DNA of 64,000 nt from a bacterium (GTDB taxonomy: Bacteria > Auribacterota > UBA3054): the NCBI GenBank assembly GCA_017649705.1, contig JAGCGH010000081.1, forward strand, positions 206 to 64,205, read 5' to 3'. Below are positions 1-9,262 of the stretch, one piece after another; positions within the stretch are counted from its first letter, which is position 1; each line of letters starts with the position of its first letter. The position numbers were made by a program, and so were the translations under genes. Below the pieces are notes generated by a model that saw nothing but the letters and a program-made list of their open reading frames with translations, was not told the DNA's origin and ran no database searches.

Positions 1-1448
1 CGTGAGTGGATTCTTCTTCCACGACCGGGTTCTTGAGCAGATCGGAATTCAGGAAGGCTTTGATACGAGCATCGCCAACAGCTTCGCCCTTGGCGGTGAT
101 CGTCCAAGTCACAGCCTGCTTCGGCGTGAGGACGGGCACGGTTTCGAAGGTGACTTCTTTGCCGTTGACAGTGCCGTTGGTGGCGCCGCCGCAAGCAACC
201 GGGGTGACCTCAGCCGGGAAGACGACCTTCATGGTGATGGAGGTGTCGTCAGCGGAGCCCTGGTTGGTGACGGTGATGGTGTAGGTGACCTGTTCGGCAG
301 GTTCGGCGTCGAGCTGGATCGGGTCGGGGTTATCGACCATTTCGATCAGCAGAGCAGCCTGGCCGTACCACTTGGTGTTGGCGCAAGCCTGTTTTTCAAC
401 ACCATTCACGTTGATGGTGGCGCAGTTGGTGGTTTCGCCGACCACCGGGGAGGTGGCCACGACGCTGAATTCGACCTGCTGGCCGGGATTCAGGGTCGGG
501 ATGGTCCAGCTGGGGGAGCTCAGCTGACCATTGGAGCCGTTGGCGGCCAGGATGGTCAGGTTGGCGCCCGGAACGTCGGTCACGACCACGTTTTCGAAGG
601 TGGTGTCGCCAGTGTTCTTGACGGTGATGACGTAGTTGGCTTTCTTGTTGACCAGCTGTTCAGGCGTACCGGTCTTGTAGATCTCGAACTCGGGCTGGAG
701 CACTTTCGTGCAAGCCTGAGCGTCGGCCTGGTTGGTGTTGTCGCCCTTGGCGGTGACGTTGTTGCAGTAAGTGCCGCGCTGGGCAGCCACAGCGTCGAAG
801 GTCGCGGTCTTCACGCAGCCGGGGATCATGTCGCCGGCGTTCATGGTGAAGGTGCGAGCGGAAGGATCGGAGACCAGGGAGATGCCTTCGGGCAGCGTAT
901 CGGTCACGACGACGTTCTTAGCAAGGCCAGAACCGACGTTCTTGACGGTCACGGTGTAGGGGAAGGGCTGGCCGACCAGAGCGGTCTCGGGGGCCGTCTT
1001 GGTGACTTCGATCCTGGGGTTGGTGGCGGTAACCACGAAGCAGGTGCGGGGGAAGGCAGAGACGTAAGCGCACTGCTTGAAGGTGCCTTCCTGGTTGGCC
1101 TGCCAGGTGATCTCGAGGGTCTGGCACTGGAAAGCGTCAAGATCGCCGAGGTTCCAGGTCAGGGACGTGCCGTTGACCTGAGCGGCAGGAGTGGAGCTGA
1201 CGTAGGTCAGGCCTTCCGGAACGGTGCTCTTGATCACGACTTCCGCCACGTCCTGATTCGGGGTGACGATCATCTTGCTCGTGAACTGTTCGTTCAGGCT
1301 GACTTCAGTAGTGCCGGCATACTGGATACCGACCAAACTGGTGCAGGCAGCAGACCCATTCTGGGTGATGGGGGCGCAATCAGCGATAGCGGTGCCGGCG
1401 ACTAAGCAGGCGACCAGGCTGATGGCCATGAGGTTTTTGAGAAGTTTC
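1..1448 (-). CDS. DUF11 ('conserved repeat domain') secreted repeat protein; the 3' end runs a few codons past the window start
   Basis: Minus-strand frame reads MKLLKNLMAISLVACLVAGTAIA... from a GTG at 1446-1448, with AAGGAG 8 nt upstream. It has a signal-peptide-like N-terminus and repeated V/T-rich modules (…YTVTVKNVGSG…, …YVITVKNTGDT…, …YTITVTNQGSAD…) typical of DUF11. It ends …PVVEEESTH at position 1, like the paralog next door. The plus-strand ORF 2..1405 is its antisense shadow. Confidence 0.6.
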
Positions 1449-1526
1449 ACTTCTTTCTCCTTATTGTTAAACGTTTAACTGTGATGGCGGGCGCTACCCG
1501 CCTTTTGCTTTGGTGAACTAAAAATA

Positions 1527-3020
1527 TCAGTACAGGTGCGTGGATTCTTCTTCCGTGACCGGGGTCTCGAGAAGGTTCGTCTTCACGGACACTTTGAGTC
1601 GGGCATCGTCCACACTCAAAGCCTGCGCTTTTATCTTATAAATGATCTCTTGTTTGGGGTCGATCACCGGGACCGGGGCGAAGATGACTCTCTGGCCGTC
1701 GATGCGGCTGTTGGTGGCGCCGCTGACCGCGAGAGGCTTCAGGCTCGGCGGGAAGACGGCGATGACTTCAACATTGCCGTCCTGGGCGGTGCCCTGGTTC
1801 ATGACCGAGATGGTATAGATGGTCTCGCCGCCGATCTCCACCGGGTCGGGATGATCCACGACTTCCAGTCTGACAGCCGGCATGCCGCGCCAGATGGTGG
1901 GAGCTTCCGCATCCCTGCGCAGGCCTTCGCGGCATTCAGCCGTGACGGTGTTGACGTGCGTTCCGGGGGTGTGGCAGGTCACAGTCACGTTGAAGGACTG
2001 GGACTGGCCGGCGCCCAGGGTGTTGAGGCGCCATATGACCTTGTTGTCCTGGACGGAACCGCCGCTGGAGGAGACGTAAGTGGTGTAAGGCGGCAGGGTG
2101 TCGACAACCACCACGTCGGTCAAGCTGGCGTCGCCGGGGTTGGTGACGGTGATGGTGTAGTTGGCTTTGCGGCCCAGGAACTGGCTCTTGGTGCCGTCCT
2201 TGGTCAGCTGCAGCTGGCGCTCCTGAACGACCGTGCAGGCGGTGGATTCAGCCGTGCCGGCGTTGGAGGTGTTCACAACAGCGCGGTTGCAGTGTCTGCC
2301 GCGGCTGACAGCCTGGGCGCTGAGGGTCAAAGTTTTGGATTCGCCCGGAGCAAGGGAGCCGATGTTCTGGCTGAGCTGGGCGGAGCCGCTGCTGTGCCTG
2401 AGGCCTTCGGGCAGATAGTCGTTCAGGACAACGTCCCTGGCCGTGCCGTCGCCTACGTTGCTAATAGTAATAGTGTAGGGAACGTTCTCGCCCAGGATCG
2501 CGGTCTCGGGACCGGTCTTCTCGATGGCGATGCGGGCCCTGACCGTCTTGGCGGCGGAGCAGGAGCAGCTGGTGGTCTGCAGGAAGGCGCAGAGCTTAAG
2601 GTCGACGTCGCTGACGGAGCGGTACTGGACCTGGAAGGTCCTTTCCTCGCCGGCTTCCACGTTGCCAAGGTTCCAGACGATGTTGTTGCCCTGGCGGGAG
2701 GCGGAAGGCTGGGTGCCCAAGCATTCCAGGCCGTTGGCCAAGGGATGGATGACGCTCACGGTCTGATAGCGGTGGGCCGCTCTGAAGCGGATGACGCAGA
2801 CCTGGTTCTCGCCGACCTGCCATTCGCCGGGGGCGCTGACGACGATCTCGTCGGTGCCGCCGCAGGTGTAGGATCTGGCGGGAACGTAAGTCGGGGCGGG
2901 AGCCTCATCGGCAAAAGCGTCGCCGTCGGCAACCGCGTTGCCGGCAAAAAGGCACATCATGGCCGTCAACGCGGCCAGGAAGAAAAACTTTGTACGAAAT
3001 TTCATCACGGTCTCACACAC
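1527..3020 (-). CDS. DUF11 repeat-domain secreted protein, paralog of the preceding gene
   Basis: 497-aa ORF with a hydrophobic N-terminus (MKFRTKFFFLAALTAMMCLFAGNAVA). It has repeated modules …YTITISNVGDGTARDV…, …YTITVTNPGDASLTDV…, …YTISVMNQGTAQDGNV… and C-terminal …TPVTEEESTHLY. The plus-strand ORF 1536..3035 is a shadow. Confidence 0.65.
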   Translation of the reverse strand: MCETVMKFRTKFFFLAALTAMMCLFAGNAVADGDAFADEAPAPTYVPARSYTCGGTDEIVVSAPGEWQVGENQVCVIRFRAAHRYQTVSVIHPLANGLECLGTQPSASRQGNNIVWNLGNVEAGEERTFQVQYRSVSDVDLKLCAFLQTTSCSCSAAKTVRARIAIEKTGPETAILGENVPYTITISNVGDGTARDVVLNDYLPEGLRHSSGSAQLSQNIGSLAPGESKTLTLSAQAVSRGRHCNRAVVNTSNAGTAESTACTVVQERQLQLTKDGTKSQFLGRKANYTITVTNPGDASLTDVVVVDTLPPYTTYVSSSGGSVQDNKVIWRLNTLGAGQSQSFNVTVTCHTPGTHVNTVTAECREGLRRDAEAPTIWRGMPAVRLEVVDHPDPVEIGGETIYTISVMNQGTAQDGNVEVIAVFPPSLKPLAVSGATNSRIDGQRVIFAPVPVIDPKQEIIYKIKAQALSVDDARLKVSVKTNLLETPVTEEESTHLY

Positions 3021-3091
3021 ATGTTGGATTGTTAACTAGCCACATTCTACCAAACCTCACTCCGATAAGTCAAGTAAGCGCCTGGGGAAGG

Positions 3092-5647
3092 TCACGGCTT
3101 TTTGAGCTCCTCCCCGCCGACTTCCAGAGTCCAGTTGCCGCCGGGCACGAGCTGAGGCTTGTAGGTTCCCTTGACCAGCTTGTATTCCGCGGTGCAGCCG
3201 GTGTCCTTGTCCTTCAGGGTGAAACTCTCCGTCTGCCCTCCCGGGAAGAAGCGCCACACCTCTTTTCCGTTCAGGTAATAAAGCGACTCGTCCGTCTTGG
3301 CCAGGCCGCAGCCGGCGGCCAGGAGGCGCCCGGTCTTGTCCTCCGGATCAAGGCCTGCGCTGCGGGATACCGCGGCGGCCTTCGCCACTTCCTCCCTGGA
3401 GGCCGTGGCGGCGGAGATGTTGAGCTTGCCGGAGGCGCCCGCGGGCAGAGTCACCTTAACGGAGCGTTCCTCGGGGGAATAGACAGCTTTCGCCGGCTCG
3501 CCGTTGAAAAGAGCGCCGTCAAAGGAGGAGACGTTGCGCAGAGTCACGGTGTAGTCCCTGTCCTTTATCTGCCCCTCGAAGCTCCCCTCCTGATCTCCAA
3601 TGAACAAGAAATGGCTGTTTAATTGGCGAATGTACCTGAATTTTGTGAGGGAGGAAACGCCTTCCTTGTAAGCCGGGGTGATGCCGTCGTCCTCGTAGAG
3701 GGTAAAGGAGCCCTCGCCGTCGCCGTCGGTGGGAAAGATCATGACGTCCACGGTCTTGGGCAGATCCGCCATCCTCTTCCCCATCCTGCCCAATGGGAGC
3801 GGCGTCCCCTTCTTGACGAAGAGCGGCATCTCGTAGATGTCGCAGGGCGCCAGGACGTAGCCCTTGTCATAGCTTTCGCCGGTGAAATAATTGGCCCATC
3901 CGTCGGAGGGGAAGTAAACTACCTGGGCCGCCAGGTAATTCTTTCCCCTGCCCGTTTCCGTCACGGGAGCCGCGAGCATGTGGTCCCCGAAGAGATATTC
4001 CTGGGGATTGACGTAGGAATTCTCATCGTTGGGGAAATCGTAGTAAAGGGGCCTCATGAAAGGCAGGCATTCCTCGTAGAGTTTGTGCGCGCCAGTATAT
4101 ATATAAGGAAGGAGCTGGGAGCGCAGAACGTAGCTGCTCTTGAGGGAAGGCTCGAACTCATCCCACACCCAGGGACGCCTATCCAGATTCTTGTCGTAAG
4201 TGGAATGGAGCCTGAAGGAAGCCGTGGTGGCGCCGAACTGCAGCCAGCGGGCGTAAAGCTCGGGGTCCCTCCTGCCGTAATGCCCGCCCATGTCGTGCGA
4301 CCAGTAGCAGCAGCCGGCGTTGGCGGAACAGGAATTCATGGCGATCTCGAAAGCCAGCATCGGCCAGCAGCAGCCGGTGTCGCCGGAGAACTCGATGGGG
4401 TACTTCTGGTCGCCAAGACCTCCCCAGCGCGCAAACGAGAGCCCTCGCTGATCCGGCCTGTCGGTGTGCTCGTAGTAGAGCTTGTTCAGCCAAGTCCAGT
4501 GTTTCAGGCCGGGAACGCCGGAAACATGAGGATACAGGCTGTCCTGCTGCCAGTCCACCCACCAGACGTCCACGCCTTCCTTTTCAAGAGGTTCGTGGGC
4601 GTATTTGAAATAGGCGTCCATATATTTCTTGCTGCCGGCCTGGAAAGGAATGATGCGGCCGCCCTCTGTGCTCTCGCCTATGGCTTTCATGAAATCCTCG
4701 TAGCACCATTCGTGGTCCCTTATGCCGTCAGCGGGGTGGACGTTCAGGGCGATATGCAGCCCCTGGTCTCTCATCTCTTTCAAAAGCGCCTCGGCGTCCG
4801 GCAGCAGTTCCCGGTTCCAGGTCCAGCCCGTCCAGCCCCTGTCTCCCCAGAATCCCTTGGTGGCTTTCCTGTCGTGCCACTCCATGTCCCAGACCAGGAC
4901 GTCCAGGGGATAGCCTTTCTCCTCGTATTCCTTTACCAGGTTGCGGTAATCGTCGGAAGTGTAGGAGTACCAGCGGGAGTACCAGGAGCCGAAGGTGAAC
5001 CTGGGCGGCATGGGGATCTTTCCGGAAACGTCGCAGAGTTCCTTAAGCCCTTTCTGATAATCCTTGCCGTAGCAGAAGAGATAAATGTCCATGTCCCCTT
5101 CCTTAACGTCCCTCACCTTCGCCTCGCCGTCCACGACGAGCGGTTTGCCGGTATCGTCATAAAGGAACCAGCCTTCCCTGGTCATGAGTCCGTCGTCCAG
5201 TTCGAAAGCCTCCCACTTTGAATCCAAGGTTCCGGTGCTGCCGCCCAAGTTGTGCAGCTTGGGCTTGCCGTAGGAGGGCCGCCAGACCATGATGCCCGGC
5301 ATGTGCACGCCGAAATTATGATCGGGCATCGAGCCTTCCGGGTGATTCCTGTCCACGAAAAAGATGATGCTCTTCGTCTTGACGAGGATCTGGTCGTCCT
5401 TGTCCTCGATCTCGAAATCGAAGAAATCCATTTCCCTCTTCTGGGCGAAAAGCGTCTGCTCGTCGTGGAAGGTCCCCCTTTCTATCCTGACGCAGCCTTC
5501 GTCGATGATGGAAAGCCTGAGCAGCCCGTCGATGATCATGGGGTTGGCTTTCACAGTCGGGGTGACAGCCGTGGACACCTCGGTCCCCTTCACTCCGGCG
5601 AACAGGGTCGCGCAGGCAAGGAAGGCTAGCAGAAAAACGTTTAGCAT
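3092..5647 (-). CDS. Glycoside hydrolase family 31-like glycosidase, secreted
   Basis: 851 aa with a signal peptide. It has the GH31-type nucleophile region DVLVWDMEWHD and a second acidic motif WSHDMGGHYG. The C-terminal ~120 aa non-catalytic tail is shared with the neighbour. Confidence 0.65.
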   Translation of the reverse strand: MLNVFLLAFLACATLFAGVKGTEVSTAVTPTVKANPMIIDGLLRLSIIDEGCVRIERGTFHDEQTLFAQKREMDFFDFEIEDKDDQILVKTKSIIFFVDRNHPEGSMPDHNFGVHMPGIMVWRPSYGKPKLHNLGGSTGTLDSKWEAFELDDGLMTREGWFLYDDTGKPLVVDGEAKVRDVKEGDMDIYLFCYGKDYQKGLKELCDVSGKIPMPPRFTFGSWYSRWYSYTSDDYRNLVKEYEEKGYPLDVLVWDMEWHDRKATKGFWGDRGWTGWTWNRELLPDAEALLKEMRDQGLHIALNVHPADGIRDHEWCYEDFMKAIGESTEGGRIIPFQAGSKKYMDAYFKYAHEPLEKEGVDVWWVDWQQDSLYPHVSGVPGLKHWTWLNKLYYEHTDRPDQRGLSFARWGGLGDQKYPIEFSGDTGCCWPMLAFEIAMNSCSANAGCCYWSHDMGGHYGRRDPELYARWLQFGATTASFRLHSTYDKNLDRRPWVWDEFEPSLKSSYVLRSQLLPYIYTGAHKLYEECLPFMRPLYYDFPNDENSYVNPQEYLFGDHMLAAPVTETGRGKNYLAAQVVYFPSDGWANYFTGESYDKGYVLAPCDIYEMPLFVKKGTPLPLGRMGKRMADLPKTVDVMIFPTDGDGEGSFTLYEDDGITPAYKEGVSSLTKFRYIRQLNSHFLFIGDQEGSFEGQIKDRDYTVTLRNVSSFDGALFNGEPAKAVYSPEERSVKVTLPAGASGKLNISAATASREEVAKAAAVSRSAGLDPEDKTGRLLAAGCGLAKTDESLYYLNGKEVWRFFPGGQTESFTLKDKDTGCTAEYKLVKGTYKPQLVPGGNWTLEVGGEELKKP

Positions 5648-5659
5648 ATGTATCTCCTT

Positions 5660-8245
5660 TTAGTATTTTAATTCAAGATCGGAAAAACGCACCTTCATTT
5701 CTTTGCCCTTGTCCGGCGGAGGCAGGACGACAGGATTTGCGCTGCCGGCTTTGAAGTTCAGCGTAACTGTGTCATCGCTCCCCTCTTTCGTTACGACAGC
5801 TTCTTCAACTACGCCGCCTGGGAAGAAGCGGTAAACGTCCCTGCCCCTGTAGCCGTAGGCGCTCTCGCTGGTTTTGCCCAAGCCGCAGCCGGCGACGAGG
5901 AGTTTACCCTCCTTGTCGTCCTCGTCAAGCAGAGCCTGGCGTCTTTTGGTCTCCGCGGCGGCGATATCCTTGGGTTCGGCCGTGGAAGCTTCTATCACAA
6001 GGTCTCCCGGCAGCGTGTCGGCAAGGGCTACGGTAAGCGTGCGCTTTTCGGGGTCGAATTCCGCCTGAACGTCCTGATCCTGGAACTTCACCGCCGTATA
6101 GGAGGCCACGTTGCGCAGTACGACCTTAACGGGGCGCGCGGAATATTTCCCCTCGAAGTCGCCCTTCGTTTCCCCTATAGTTATGAAATGCGTGCAGCCT
6201 TCGCGCTGGTATGAGAAGGGCGTGCGGGCGCATTTGCCTTCCTGATAGGCTTTGCTGAGCCCGTCGTCCTCGTAAAGCTCGCTCTCCCCTGTACCGTCGT
6301 CTTCGGTCGGGAAGATCATTACCGTCAGTTCTTTGGGCAGATCGGCCATTCTTTTCCCGGTCTGGCCCAGGACCAGAGGATAGCCTTTTTTCACAAAGAG
6401 CGGGAATTCGTAGAGGTCGGCGCTGACCAGGGAAAAGCCTTTGTCATAACTTTCGCCCGTAAAATATTGCGCCCAGCCGTCCGAGGGAAAATAAACGACC
6501 TTCGTAGAGACAAACGATTTTCCCCTGCCGTGCTCGGCTATAGGCGCCGCCAGCATGCCGTCGCCCAGGAGGAATTCCTGCGGTGTTACGTAAGCCTGCT
6601 CGTCCTCCGGGAAATCATAATAAAGAGGTCTCATGAAAGGCAGCGACTCTCTGTAAAGCTTTTCCGCCGCGGTGTAGATGTACGGCATAAGGACGGACCT
6701 CAGGTCGAAACTGCCCCGCGCCGACTTCTGGGCAAAGTCCTGCCAGAACCAGGGGCGCTTGTCAATGTTGCCGCAGGAATGGAGCCGGAAGACCGCCGAA
6801 ATGGCGCCGAACTGCAGCCAGCGGGCGTAGATCTCTCCATCTTCCCCGGCGAAGAAGCCGCCCAGGTCATGCGACCAGTAGCAGCAGCCAGCGTTGGCGG
6901 AAACGGGCGTCATGCAGATCTGGAACTGCAGCTCCTCCCAAGTGCCGCCGGTATCACCGGAAAATTCCACGGGATGCTTCTGGTCGCCAAGGCCTCCCCA
7001 GCGCGCCAGCGACAAGCCTCTTCTTTCCGGCCTGTCGGTGTATTCGTAATAAAGCTTGTTTAGCCAGGACCAGTGGCTCAAACCGGGAACGCCCGTGACG
7101 TACGGCACGAGATAATCCTGCTGCCAGTCCACCCACCAGACGTCCGCGCCCTGGGCTTCCAAGGGATCGTGGGCGTACTTGAAGTAGGCGTCCATGTATT
7201 TTTTGCTGCCGTCCTGGAAGGGAATGATCCTTCCTCCCTCGGTGCTCTCGCCCATGGCCTGCATGAATTCCTCGTAGCAGAAATCGGTGTCGCGGATGCC
7301 GTCGGCGGGATGCACGTTCAGGGCGATGTGCAGTCCCTTTCCCCGCATTTCCTTAAGAAGATCCTCCGCGTCCGGCAAAAGCTCCCTGTTCCAGGTCCAG
7401 CCCGTCCAGCCCAGAGTCCCGCAGTGGCCAAGGCCTTTGTTGCCTTTCCTGTCGTGCCACTCCATATCCCAGACCAGCACATCCAGAGGATACCCTTGCT
7501 CTTCATATCCCTTCACGATATTGCGGTAATCTTCGGAAGTGTACATGGCGTGGCGTGAATACCAGGAACCCATGGCGAACCTGGGCGGCAGGGGTATCTT
7601 TCCCGAAACGTCGCAGAGTTCCTCCAATCCAAGCCTGTAATCTTTGCCGTAGCAGAAAACATACATGTCCTGGCCCAGCGGGCCGTATTCCCTCACCTTT
7701 GGATTTCCGTCCGCCATAACAAGCGCAGTCTTGGTGTCGTCGATGACGCACCAGCCTTCCTTTTTCATGAACCCTTCGTCAAGCTTGCACGCATCCCAGC
7801 TTCCGTCCAGCGTGGCGATGGATCCGCCCAGGTCCTCCAGGTCGGGCACGCCGTTGTCGCCGTGCCAGCAGCCGTAGCCGGGAACGTCCACACCGTAGTT
7901 GCCGCCGTCCATGCGGCCCAAAAAGCGGTGACGGTCCACGAAGAAAATGAGTTTCTTTGTCTTGACGAGGATCTGATCGTCCTTGTCTTCTATCTCAAAA
8001 TCGAAGAAATCCATTTCGCGCTTTTTGGCGAACATGCTGGGTTCGTCGTGGAAGGATCCCTTCTCCACCCTCATGCAGCCTTCGTTCAAGATGGATAGCC
8101 TCAAGACGCCGTCGATGATCATGGGATTGGCTTTCGGCGTGGGCTTGACCGCAGTTGAGACTTCCGTTCCGGCCGGGGTTCCTTCCGCGAAGGACAAAAG
8201 CGAGAAAAAGACCGCCGCAAGGGCGATGACATAAGTTTTTTGCAT
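5660..8245 (-). CDS. Glycoside hydrolase family 31-like glycosidase, tandem paralog
   Basis: 861 aa with a signal peptide. Motifs DVLVWDMEWHDRK and WSHDLGGFFAG. It is co-linear with the upstream paralog, including the C-terminal tail LLVAGCGLGKTSES…RFFPGG. Confidence 0.65.
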   Translation of the reverse strand: MQKTYVIALAAVFFSLLSFAEGTPAGTEVSTAVKPTPKANPMIIDGVLRLSILNEGCMRVEKGSFHDEPSMFAKKREMDFFDFEIEDKDDQILVKTKKLIFFVDRHRFLGRMDGGNYGVDVPGYGCWHGDNGVPDLEDLGGSIATLDGSWDACKLDEGFMKKEGWCVIDDTKTALVMADGNPKVREYGPLGQDMYVFCYGKDYRLGLEELCDVSGKIPLPPRFAMGSWYSRHAMYTSEDYRNIVKGYEEQGYPLDVLVWDMEWHDRKGNKGLGHCGTLGWTGWTWNRELLPDAEDLLKEMRGKGLHIALNVHPADGIRDTDFCYEEFMQAMGESTEGGRIIPFQDGSKKYMDAYFKYAHDPLEAQGADVWWVDWQQDYLVPYVTGVPGLSHWSWLNKLYYEYTDRPERRGLSLARWGGLGDQKHPVEFSGDTGGTWEELQFQICMTPVSANAGCCYWSHDLGGFFAGEDGEIYARWLQFGAISAVFRLHSCGNIDKRPWFWQDFAQKSARGSFDLRSVLMPYIYTAAEKLYRESLPFMRPLYYDFPEDEQAYVTPQEFLLGDGMLAAPIAEHGRGKSFVSTKVVYFPSDGWAQYFTGESYDKGFSLVSADLYEFPLFVKKGYPLVLGQTGKRMADLPKELTVMIFPTEDDGTGESELYEDDGLSKAYQEGKCARTPFSYQREGCTHFITIGETKGDFEGKYSARPVKVVLRNVASYTAVKFQDQDVQAEFDPEKRTLTVALADTLPGDLVIEASTAEPKDIAAAETKRRQALLDEDDKEGKLLVAGCGLGKTSESAYGYRGRDVYRFFPGGVVEEAVVTKEGSDDTVTLNFKAGSANPVVLPPPDKGKEMKVRFSDLELKY

Positions 8246-8508
8246 ACAAGACCTCTTTTGTTTATTTAGTCAAATTATAGCAAACATCGCTTTTTTTCTC
8301 CAGCGCAAATCCGTGATTTTGTCACCATTTTTCCCAAGCCGCGCCGAAGATGGCGGACAGATGATTTCCTCTTTCACCTACAGTCAAAGAATTGATCGCG
8401 CGCTAAACTGTTCCCCGGAAACTAACCTTGCGGTTTCCCTAGAAAATCCGTTCATCGGCCAAAGTCCCAATCAAATTCGCACCAGATTTACATTTGACCT
8501 GGAACGGT

Positions 8509-8538
8509 GCGCGCGGGAATTTTTCCCGCGCGTTTTTT
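8509..8538. terminator. Intrinsic terminator-like hairpin flanked by an A-run and a T-run
   Basis: gcgcgcgggaa-ttt-ttcccgcgcg followed by tttttt. It lies immediately downstream (in gene sense) of the duplicated gene-3' remnant, so it is likely the native terminator of the metallopeptidase gene. Confidence 0.45.
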
Positions 8539-8659
8539 ATTCCGCCTCGATGGTGAATTCGAAAAGTTCGCTGGCCCTGATGCCGTCCAGGACGTAGAGC
8601 GCCTTTTTGATCTTCTCCCCTTTCTTGGCGGGAACTTTGTATTCCTGCACTCTTCCGCT
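8537..8659. repeat. Left copy of a 123-bp perfect direct repeat (= last 41 codons plus stop of the gene 13007..15781)
   Basis: 8537-8659 is identical to 13007-13129 (ttattccgcctcgatggtgaattcgaaaagttcgctggccctgatgccgtccaggacgtagagcgcctttttgatcttctcccctttcttggcgggaactttgtattcctgcactcttccgct). Confidence 0.9.
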
Positions 8660-8712
8660 CTTAAATCCGGAAGCATACCAGTTGTTGGCGTCGTGCCAAT
8701 AGTACAAAAGTG
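8537..8712 (-). pseudogene. 3'-terminal gene remnant of the HExxH metallopeptidase (diverged paralogous segment + perfect repeat)
   Basis: Minus-strand translation gives …SFPLLYYWHDANNWYASGFKSGRVQEYKVPAKKGEKIKKALYVLDGIRASELFEFTIEAE*. The intact gene reads …GQPLLYYWHDAGNWYATDFRSGRVQEYKV…. Segment 8660-8712 is only ~70% identical to 13130-13185 and is AT-richer. Stop codons lie upstream of it. Confidence 0.65.
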
Positions 8713-9262
8713 GAAAACTGTATATTGAATTAACTACGCGTATATATCTAGTGTTTTCAGCATGCTAGGAAATGCAATTAAATACCAAAAAGCATAGTTA
8801 TATTGATTTTTCCGGCATCAATTTTAAATCTCTAATGCTAACACATTATATTCATTCCAATCCGTCATTTGACGAAACAATAATAACAGAATAATAACTT
8901 AAAAAGACGTGATAAATTCAAATTTTGTCCATCCATTTTTAAAAGTTGGTCTATAATGAAATGATAGAGTTTCGTTACAATAATAGAAATGCTTAATTCT
9001 TCCCTTAGTCCCCTATTATTAACGGCCTCAAGATTATTGCCTCGGATGAAAACAAACAAGCATTTTGCCATAACCCACCTGAATAATACTTCTCTTTAAT
9101 CTCTTTTGAAGCAACATTCTATCTTTTAGAAATAAAAAAAAGCGCAACGCAGTTATCATGTAAATGCGCCCATATTTTTTCTTTTGCCTATTTCAGCTCC
9201 ACTTAAATTAACTAAGTTCAATTCGTTTTTTAAAAAACAATTAAAAAAATGAAAAGGTTTGA

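Noticed and set aside
2-1405. 467-aa plus-strand ORF rich in Gly/Asp/Val. Similar long plus-strand ORFs also noticed: 1536..3035, 3623..5221, 14087..15022, 23655..25256, 34908..36434, 40464..41894, 45369..46436, 56589..58568.
   Set aside because: These are antisense shadow ORFs of GC-rich minus-strand genes. They have low-complexity G/D/V/A/R composition and no start context. The opposite strand carries recognisable proteins in each case.
8313-8597. 94-aa plus-strand ORF spanning the GH31 promoter region and running into the direct repeat
   Set aside because: It has no RBS, crosses the terminator hairpin and the repeat boundary, and has no recognisable protein features. It is most likely non-coding intergenic sequence.
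8865-9071. 68-aa minus-strand ORF at the distal end of the AT-rich island
   Set aside because: AT-rich DNA generates such ORFs by chance. There is no RBS, it is far from the radical-SAM genes, and it has no features of a precursor or regulator. Kept only as a very weak possibility.
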